A DNA stretch of 25,512 nt from Pseudomonadota bacterium (GTDB taxonomy: Bacteria > Desulfobacterota > Desulfobacteria > Desulfobacterales > RPRI01), in contig JBDRRF010000056.1 of the NCBI GenBank assembly GCA_043825875.1, positions 1 through 25,512 of the forward strand, given 5' to 3'. The translations under genes were made by a program, and so were the position numbers. Below the pieces are notes generated by a model, which was not told where the DNA came from, ran no database searches, and was given only the letters and a program-made list of their open reading frames with translations. Within the stretch, counting starts at the first letter, position 1; the number at the start of each line of letters is the position of its first letter. This document shows, one piece after another, positions 9,785 to 16,092 of the stretch.

Positions 9785-9964
9785 ATGAATACACTAAAGC
9801 AAGAAGCATTAACAGCGATTGAACAACTTCCGGATACCGCTGACATAGATGCAATCATGTATAAACTCTATGTGATCGATAAAGTAAGAAAAGGAAGAGA
9901 AGCCATTGAAAAAGGTGATATGATATCTGCGGAAGATCTGAAGCGGGAAAGCGATGCATGGTAA
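9785..9964 (+). CDS. TA4 antitoxin (59 aa; absent from the ORF track)
   Basis: Hand translation MNTLKQEALTAIEQLPDTADIDAIMYKLYVIDKVRKGREAIEKGDMISAEDLKRESDAW*; AGGAG at 9771-9775; overlaps the toxin start at 9958. Confidence 0.8.
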   Translation: MNTLKQEALTAIEQLPDTADIDAIMYKLYVIDKVRKGREAIEKGDMISAEDLKRESDAW

Positions 9965-10272
9965 TCTGGGCCACACCGGCAAAGTCTGACTTGAAAGCCA
10001 TTTACGATTTTATAGCATCTGACTCAAAATATTATGCAAAGAAAGTGGTCCGGGATATTATTACAAAAACGAATATACTCGAAGAACATCCGGGAATTGG
10101 CAGGCAAGTTCCAGAGATAAATGATGAAAACCTACGGGAAATCTTTATATATTCATACAGAATCCTTTACGAAATCAAATATGGTAAGATTTATATTATA
10201 GGAATAATTCACGGCAGACGTGATTTTGCATCCACAGATTTTCACAGAATCAAGAAGCATGACAACAGCTAG
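9958..10272 (+). CDS. TA4 toxin, RelE/ParE superfamily
   Basis: VIWATPAKSDLKAIYDFIA...HPGIGRQVPE...REIFIYSYRILY...IIHGRRDF. Confidence 0.85.
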   Translation: MVIWATPAKSDLKAIYDFIASDSKYYAKKVVRDIITKTNILEEHPGIGRQVPEINDENLREIFIYSYRILYEIKYGKIYIIGIIHGRRDFASTDFHRIKKHDNS

Positions 10273-10413
10273 AGACCTTTGCAAAACGTCCCCTTTTGCC
10301 CGATTACTTCGTCAGACTCAAATTTTAATCCTCGAAATACTCAATGTATTCCTGTGGTTAAAATTTTCGTCTTCCTTGTACTTGGACAAAATTGAACATT
10401 TTTCAAAGGTCTC
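10272..10413 (+). mobile_element. 142-bp MITE-like palindromic element, copy 1, with 5-bp flanking duplication AGCTA
   Basis: Ends GAGACCTTTGCAAAACG / CATTTTTCAAAGGTCTC (15/17 inverted match); AGCTA at 10267-10271 and 10414-10418; 33-nt core identical to copy 2. Confidence 0.8.
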
Positions 10414-10432
10414 AGCTAACCATTAAACGCTA

Positions 10433-10577
10433 TGGGAGATTTAAAAGATACAAGGCACAAGTTTATACACTTTACGGTTATCGATTTACTGTCAACTGCT
10501 AACTGACAACTGGCAACCGGAAACCGGAAACCGATTTAATCCTGTAAATCCTGTCTGGTAAGTTTTTACTTCGGTAC
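10433..10577. repeat. Scaffold repeat E (right half, heptamers, ATCCTGT x2 end, linker)
   Basis: GAGATTTAAAAGATACAAGGCACAAG... as at 6937-6994; six AACYGNN heptamers at 10494-10535; AATCCTGTAAATCCTGTCTG at 10538-10557. Confidence 0.85.
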
Positions 10578-10703
10578 CTCTTTTAACTTGACACTTCGCT
10601 TTATTCAACCGTATTGCCCTTAGATCCCTTGTCTCTTATTTGCTTTTAGAGAACAACTCTGATAATCTGCTTAATAATAGATTCTTTTAAGGAGCATTGT
10701 ATT

Positions 10704-10931
10704 ATGCAAACAATTGATTTGAATCAAGCAAAACAAAATTTACCCAAACTGATTGAACAAACAATCCAAGGGGATGATATTGTGATAACTAAAGGGGGGC
10801 AACCTCTTGTTAGACTTGTAGCTTTTACCAACCATAATAAAAAAAAACGACAGTTCGGAGGTGCAAAAGAATTTATACGATTTGCAGACGATTTTGATAT
10901 GCCAATAGAAGATTTTAAAGAGTATATGTAA
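10704..10931 (+). CDS. TA5 antitoxin, Phd/YefM family
   Basis: IDLNQAKQNLPKLIEQ...IVITKGGQPLVRL; AAGGAG RBS; TAATG stop/start overlap with the toxin. Confidence 0.85.
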   Translation: MQTIDLNQAKQNLPKLIEQTIQGDDIVITKGGQPLVRLVAFTNHNKKKRQFGGAKEFIRFADDFDMPIEDFKEYM

Positions 10932-11317
10932 TGCAGGCGATACTGGATACAAACAGCTTTTTATGGTTTATCAGCGGCAGTGAGAAATTAAGCATTAACG
11001 CTCTTGAATTTATTGCTGACTCAAACAATCGGCTTGTTATGAGCACTGCCGGTTTATGGGAAATTGCAATCAAGGTAAGTATCAATAAACTTAACCTATT
11101 ACAGCCATACGAAAAACTCATCCCTCAACAGCTTAAAGAAAATGATATAAATGTTATGCCAATCGAACTAAGCCATCTGGCTAAAGTAATAGAATTACCG
11201 TTTTACCACCGCGATCCTTTTGATCGGATAATCATTGCCCAAGCGCTTATAGAAAATCTGCCGATAGTAACTTCCGATTCAATATTTTCACAATACTCTG
11301 TAAAACTCATCTGGTAA
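10931..11317 (+). CDS. vapC: TA5 toxin, PIN/VapC (same subfamily as TA1)
   Basis: ILDTNSFLW...LWEIAIK...HRDPFDRIIIAQA...IVTSD. Confidence 0.9.
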   Translation: MQAILDTNSFLWFISGSEKLSINALEFIADSNNRLVMSTAGLWEIAIKVSINKLNLLQPYEKLIPQQLKENDINVMPIELSHLAKVIELPFYHRDPFDRIIIAQALIENLPIVTSDSIFSQYSVKLIW

Positions 11318-11391
11318 AATGTTTTTAAAGCTACAAACCATCAATGTAACCAGCTAAAACATATCAATATCTGTAATTAGATGGTTGATGG

Positions 11392-11502
11392 GAACAGAGA
11401 GTCCATATAAACTTCCACCAAACACAAACTGACAACTGGCAACCGGAAACTGTAAACTGTCAACTGGCAACCGGAAACTGAAAACCGACATAATCCTGTC
11501 TG
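11392..11502. repeat. Scaffold repeat F with nine tandem AACYGNN heptamers and ATCCTGTCTG end
   Basis: 11392-11450 resembles 12693-12752; heptamers at 11427-11489; ATCCTGTCTG at 11493-11502. Confidence 0.85.
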
Positions 11503-11544
11503 CCATTTTTAACCTTGTTTGTTCCTTACAAACTTTTTCACAAC

Positions 11545-11573
11545 TTGACAATGGCCATAATTATAGCTATTAT
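11545..11573 (+). promoter_or_regulatory. Sigma70 promoter of TA6 with a twin-palindrome operator
   Basis: TTGACA-N17-TATTAT; ATGGCCAT (11551-11558) and ATAGCTAT (11563-11570) palindromes overlap the spacer and the -10. Confidence 0.75.
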
Positions 11574-11618
11574 TTCAGAGAATACTTGTTGTACAAGAAA
11601 TGGGAGGGAATAATAACT

Positions 11619-11903
11619 ATGGAAGAACAATATACAATAGTAGATGCTAAAAATAAGCTGACATCAATCATCCATTCCGTTGAAACCGGCCATGCTGTTA
11701 AACTGACCAGGCATGGCAAACCCGTTGCCGTTTTATTATCAATAAAAGATTATCAAAGGCTAAACAGTAAAAAAGAAGGCTTTTACAATGCGCTAAATTC
11801 CTGGCGAAAAAACATGGCAAAAGAAGAAGATGCAGTTATTACAGGTGAAGAATTTGATGATGTCAGAGATAATTCATCAGGCCGGAACATCGACTTATTA
11901 TGA
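11619..11903 (+). CDS. TA6 antitoxin, Phd/YefM family
   Basis: YTIVDAKNKLTSIIHSVETGHAVKLTRHGKPVAVLLSIKDY; GGAGG RBS. Confidence 0.88.
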   Translation: MEEQYTIVDAKNKLTSIIHSVETGHAVKLTRHGKPVAVLLSIKDYQRLNSKKEGFYNALNSWRKNMAKEEDAVITGEEFDDVRDNSSGRNIDLL

Positions 11904-12322
11904 TAAAGTACCTGCTTGATACAAACATCTTATCCGAACCTGTGAAAGCTTGTCCCAACAAGTATGTGATGGCAATGCTTGAAAAACATCAAGATGAGAT
12001 TATAACGGCTGCTCCGGTATGGCATGAACTTCTGTATGGTTACCTTCGGCTTCCGGTTTCCCGTAAGCGGGAGATGATCGAAGCATATCTTGAAGAAGTT
12101 GTACTGAGAAACATGGATATACTTCCCTATGATGAGCGGGCAACAAAATGGCATGCGGAACAAAGAGCCAAACTATCCTTGCATGGGAACACTCCATCTT
12201 TTGTAGACGGTCAGATCGCAGCAATAGCTAGTGTTAATGATCTGATTCTGGTCACACGTAACACTCAGGATTTCAAAATGTTTGAAAGTTTCCGTGTTTT
12301 AAACTGGCATAAAACAGGTTAA
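11900..12322 (+). CDS. vapC: TA6 toxin, PIN/VapC (FitB-like)
   Basis: YLLDTNILSE...VWHELLYG...DGQIAAIA...LVTRNTQDF; ATGA overlap with the antitoxin. Confidence 0.9.
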   Translation: MIKYLLDTNILSEPVKACPNKYVMAMLEKHQDEIITAAPVWHELLYGYLRLPVSRKREMIEAYLEEVVLRNMDILPYDERATKWHAEQRAKLSLHGNTPSFVDGQIAAIASVNDLILVTRNTQDFKMFESFRVLNWHKTG

Positions 12323-12389
12323 AAATATTAGTTTTTATCTATAATTAATCCCAATTACTGTTCGGGGTGTCAAGCTTAATAGTTTAAAT

Positions 12390-12762
12390 CAGACAGGATG
12401 AACAGGATCTTACCGACTGACCGGAAGCCAGGCAGGCAATAAGTCATTGCCTACGGCAAGTGGAATACGTTCTAAAAACTCATGAATCATTAGCCGCCGA
12501 CCAACGCAAACAAACACAAACTTTATAATATCTGCGAACGTCCGCGGCTGTCTGCGGCAAATATGAAGTTAAATTTTTCTCCCCTGCACCTGTCCGGATG
12601 CCGGTCAGACAATAAGCCATCGCCTGCGGCAAGGTTATTATAATAAAGTTCAAAGAGAAAGAAGTATTGACACATAAAACGAATGTCTGAGAGAACAGAG
12701 CGTCTATATAAACTTCCACCAAACGCTAACTGACAACTGGCAACCGGAAACTGGAAACCGCT
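12390..12762. repeat. Scaffold repeat G (longest contiguous variant-2 unit)
   Basis: CAGACAGGAT at 12390; contains the modules of B and F in contiguous order; five heptamers at 12728-12762. Confidence 0.85.
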
Positions 12763-12790
12763 TGACACAATCTTAGATTGGCATTAAAAT
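12762..12790 (+). promoter_or_regulatory. Sigma70 promoter of TA7 with a palindromic operator
   Basis: TTGACA-N17-TAAAAT; CAATC-TTA-GATTG palindrome at 12768-12780. Confidence 0.75.
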
Positions 12791-12820
12791 GGTCATAATA
12801 ATTTTATTTTGGAGTTTATC

Positions 12821-13084
12821 ATGAGCAATATTCAACAAATCATGCCTGTTACAAAGGTCAAGAGAGGGCTTCTTGATATACTCAAGACCATGCAGGAGGA
12901 GGATTCTACAATAACCCTTACGAGAAATGGTGAGGCTGTTGGTGTTATGATGACTCCTGACCGCTACGAAGCTCTATTGGAAACTATTGAAATACTGGCG
13001 GATAAAAAAGCTCTGGCATCTCTTAAGTCTTCGGCGGATGATTTTAAAACCGGAAGGATTTATACTGACAAAGAGGTTTGGTAA
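12821..13084 (+). CDS. TA7 antitoxin, Phd/YefM family
   Basis: MPVTKVKRGLLDIL...ITLTRNGEAVGVMMTPDRYEALLETIEIL; GGAG RBS before ATG 12821. Confidence 0.88.
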   Translation: MSNIQQIMPVTKVKRGLLDILKTMQEEDSTITLTRNGEAVGVMMTPDRYEALLETIEILADKKALASLKSSADDFKTGRIYTDKEVW

Positions 13085-13089
13085 AATCA

Positions 13090-13389
13090 ATGTCCGGCTA
13101 CCGTCTTCTGTATTCGGAGACATCCCGAAATTTGATTGGCAAACTGCACCCTGACATAAAGCCTGTTATCAGAGCAAAGCTTGACAAACTTATAAAAGAG
13201 CCTTTCATGGGTAAAAATCTGGAAAGAGAATTATCCGGATACAGGTCGCTTAGGGCCGGTCGTTTTAGAATTATTTACAGGCTGAATGATGAAGAACAAA
13301 TTATTGAAATCCATTTTATAGGGCGTCGTAAGGATGTATATGAACTATTTACCGAGCAAAAGGGCATATCATCTATATTGGACGCATAG
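13090..13389 (+). CDS. relE: TA7 toxin, RelE/StbE family
   Basis: EPFMGKNLERELSGYRSLRAGRFRIIYRL...IHFIGRRKDVYE. Confidence 0.85.
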   Translation: MSGYRLLYSETSRNLIGKLHPDIKPVIRAKLDKLIKEPFMGKNLERELSGYRSLRAGRFRIIYRLNDEEQIIEIHFIGRRKDVYELFTEQKGISSILDA

Positions 13390-13477
13390 CAAACAGCTAA
13401 GTTATTAAGTAACCTGCTAATGTAAAAAGGGAAAGTAAGTAGCGAAGCGGATACATGCTTCAGACCGCTCTTCCGGA

Positions 13478-13815
13478 AAGTTTTTACTTTGGTACTATTA
13501 CAGTTTTAGACAGGATTAACAGGATAGACAGGATTTTGCCTACGGCAAGTGGGTCAAGAAAAAGCACAAAACTCCCAAAACATTAGCCGCCGACCAACGC
13601 AGACAAACGCAGAAAGAGATTTGATTAACATTCAAATAAAACTTACCTGCGATAGCAGCATGTCAGCATTTTAAGAATTTTTCCTCTCAAAAAATTCTTA
13701 AAAAATCTCTGTGACTCTGAGAACTCTGTGAGAGATTTAAAAGATACAAGGCACAAGTTTATACACTTTATGCTTATCAATTTACTGTAAACTGTTAACC
13801 GGCAACTGCAAACGA
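13478..13815. repeat. Scaffold repeat H: linker plus ~310-bp direct repeat of A; right bracket of the array
   Basis: 13478-13495 matches 10560-10577 at 17/18 positions; 13505-13815 resembles 6708-7020, including the CAGAAAGAGATTTGATTAACATTC...CTCAAAAA block found only in A and H. Confidence 0.9.
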
Positions 13816-13842
13816 TTTTATACTACAGGAAAGATACCGACT

Positions 13843-14718
13843 ATGACTGAAAGCTATTTTAGCAAAAGAAATTTATTGTTTTCTGCGTTCATATTAATTG
13901 CTGTCTTGATGTGTTATCTGCCTCTTAGAGAACTTCTTTCTACAACCTCAAACAGGGAATACTATTCTCATATACTTCTTATTCCTTTTGTCAGCGGATA
14001 CCTCATTTTTATAAAGAGAAAAGAAATATATTCTGATAAATCTTATTCTTTCGGAGCCGGTGGTGTTTTTCTCCTTATCGGAATTGCTTTATATGCAACA
14101 GGACTTATTAACAAACTAAATCTCAATCAAAATAATTATGCATCTCTTACAACATTTTCTGCTGTGATATTGATTTCAGGCGCTTTTATATTTACTTATA
14201 GTTTTTGTGCTTTCAAAAAAGCTCTCTTTCCGCTCCTGTTTCTTATATTTACGGTTCCGATTCCAAGTTATTTAATGGAAAGATTTATTTATTTATTACA
14301 ATCAGGATCTACTGAGTTTGCAAATTTTTTACTGACAGTCACAGGCGTTCCTTTTTTAAGAGATGGCTTTTACTTTCATCTTTCAAGCATGAGCGTTGAA
14401 GTGGCAAAACAATGCAGTGGAATCAGATCGGGCCTTGCGCTTTTTATTACTGCCCTTCTTGCCGGGCATCTTTTTCTTAAAACCGGACGCAATAAAATAA
14501 TATTAGCTGTTTGTGCATTGCCTGTTACAATGTTTAAAAATGGAATCAGGATTATTACTCTGGCATTGCTGGGTAACTACGTGGACCCGAGAATTCTTCA
14601 AAGCGATCTTCACAGGGAAGGAGGAATCCCGTTTTTTATTGTAGCTTTGCTGCTGCTTGCACCGATTCTTTATTTTTTAAGAAAATCGGAAACAAAAGGG
14701 GAAGGGGAAACCAAATAA
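13843..14718 (+). CDS. Exosortase (EpsH/Xrt family transpeptidase)
   Basis: About 8 TM segments; EYYSHILLIP, catalytic Cys in VAKQCSGIRS, KNGIRI (Arg), DLHREGG (His). Confidence 0.9.
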   Translation: MTESYFSKRNLLFSAFILIAVLMCYLPLRELLSTTSNREYYSHILLIPFVSGYLIFIKRKEIYSDKSYSFGAGGVFLLIGIALYATGLINKLNLNQNNYASLTTFSAVILISGAFIFTYSFCAFKKALFPLLFLIFTVPIPSYLMERFIYLLQSGSTEFANFLLTVTGVPFLRDGFYFHLSSMSVEVAKQCSGIRSGLALFITALLAGHLFLKTGRNKIILAVCALPVTMFKNGIRIITLALLGNYVDPRILQSDLHREGGIPFFIVALLLLAPILYFLRKSETKGEGETK

Positions 14719-16071
14719 TTATTTCCCGGTTTTTTTCTCTTTCTTAAGTTTACGCCATTTCTCAAGTCTTTGCCTGATTGTTTTTTCATAACCTCTTTCG
14801 GTTGGAAAATAAAAAAGAACGCCTTCAAGCTTATCAGGCAGGTATTCCTGAAATACATATTCTTCTTTATAGTCATGAGCATATTTATAGTCCTTGCCAT
14901 AACCCAGATCTTTCATAAGAGATGTCGGAGCATTTCTGATATGAAAAGGAACAGGAAGCGCTCCTTCGCTTTTAACGGCTCTCTGGACTCTCCCATATGA
15001 AGTATATACGCTATTGCTCTTGGGTGCAGTCGAAAGATAAATTACAGCTTGTGCAAGAACAAGCTCGCCTTCAGGTTGGCCGATAAATTTAAATGCTTCC
15101 ATTGCACTTACCGTAATGCTTAAAGCATATGGATCGGCATTTCCAATATCTTCTGAAGCAAATCTTATCATCCTTCTTGCTATAAAAAGTGGATCTTCAC
15201 CGGCTGAAAGCATTCGGGCAAGCCAATATAAAGCAGCATCAGGATCACTTCCTCTCATGCTCTTATGAAGTGCAGATATCAAATTGTAGTGTTCTTCACC
15301 CGTTTTGTCATACAGCAAAGCTTTTTTCTGAAGAGCCTTCTCTATATCTGTAAGCGTTATTTTTATTTCCCCATCATCTTTTTTCTTCTTTCCTGCCGCA
15401 ATTTTAGCAGCTATTTCAAGGCTGTTTAAAGCCATCCTTGCATCACCATCCGATATTCTTACAAGATGTGATAATACATCGTCTGATAGCAAAAGATTTA
15501 ATTCTCCAAGCCCTCTTTCCTTATCTTTAAGGGCGCCGCTAATTATCCGGGCCACATCATCATCGGATAGAGTTTTTAAAGTAATTACCCTGCATCGTGA
15601 AAGAAGAGGAGAAATAACTTCAAAAGAAGGATTTTCGGTTGTTGCGCCTATTAAGGTTATTAATCCGCTTTCAACATGGTGTAAGAATGCATCCTGCTGG
15701 GCTTTGTTGAATCTGTGAATTTCATCGACAAAAAGAATAGTTTTTTGCTTAAAAAGTTTAAGCTGGTTTTTTGCTTCTTCAATTACAGCTCTTATATCTT
15801 TAACACCGGAAAGTACTGCTGAAAAATGCATAAAATAAGAACTTGTTTCACGGGCGATAATTCTTGCAAGTGTTGTTTTGCCACATCCCGGAGGGCCCCA
15901 AAGAATCATTGAAAAAACCTGGTCATTTTCTATTGCATGCGCAATCAAGGTCCCTTCGGCAACAACATGTTCCTGACCTGCAAATTCATTAAGACTTCTC
16001 GGGCGCATCTTCTCGGCAAGAGGCTTTGAGTCATTTCCTGTTCTTTCCAAGTTGTATTCAAATAAATCCAA
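14719..16071 (-). CDS. rarA: Replication-associated recombination protein A (MgsA/RarA AAA+ ATPase)
   Basis: PLAEKMRP, WGPPGCGKTT, FVDEIHRFNKAQQD, ISALHKSMRGSDPDAA. Likely TTG start at 16071 (MDLFEY) after GGGGA; the longer ORF start lies inside the adjacent inverted repeat. Confidence 0.93.
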   Translation of the reverse strand: MDLFEYNLERTGNDSKPLAEKMRPRSLNEFAGQEHVVAEGTLIAHAIENDQVFSMILWGPPGCGKTTLARIIARETSSYFMHFSAVLSGVKDIRAVIEEAKNQLKLFKQKTILFVDEIHRFNKAQQDAFLHHVESGLITLIGATTENPSFEVISPLLSRCRVITLKTLSDDDVARIISGALKDKERGLGELNLLLSDDVLSHLVRISDGDARMALNSLEIAAKIAAGKKKKDDGEIKITLTDIEKALQKKALLYDKTGEEHYNLISALHKSMRGSDPDAALYWLARMLSAGEDPLFIARRMIRFASEDIGNADPYALSITVSAMEAFKFIGQPEGELVLAQAVIYLSTAPKSNSVYTSYGRVQRAVKSEGALPVPFHIRNAPTSLMKDLGYGKDYKYAHDYKEEYVFQEYLPDKLEGVLFYFPTERGYEKTIRQRLEKWRKLKKEKKTGK

Positions 16072-16092
16072 ATTGTCCCCGAATATATTTAC

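Noticed and set aside
6848..12768. Short ORFs 6848-7162(-), 8639-8848(+), 10220-10426(+), 11354-11551(-), 12480-12722(-), 12523-12768(-)
   Set aside because: They are translations of scaffold repeats or of the 142-bp element; the shared peptide strings (e.g. FQFPVASCQ) come from heptamers, and none has a convincing RBS.
10560..13495. 18-bp direct repeat read as a target-site duplication of a TA5-TA7 transposon
   Set aside because: The same linker appears in degenerate form after unit A (7038-7055), so it is better explained as part of the scaffold unit.
6708..13815. CRISPR array
   Set aside because: The repeats are 150-370-bp mosaics separated by whole operons, not 23-50-bp repeats with uniform spacers; no cas genes.
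6708..13815. Canonical integron/superintegron
   Set aside because: No intI in the window and no complete RYYYAAC...GTTRRRY attC hairpin with complementary boxes found by eye; junction positions within the repeat differ between cassettes.
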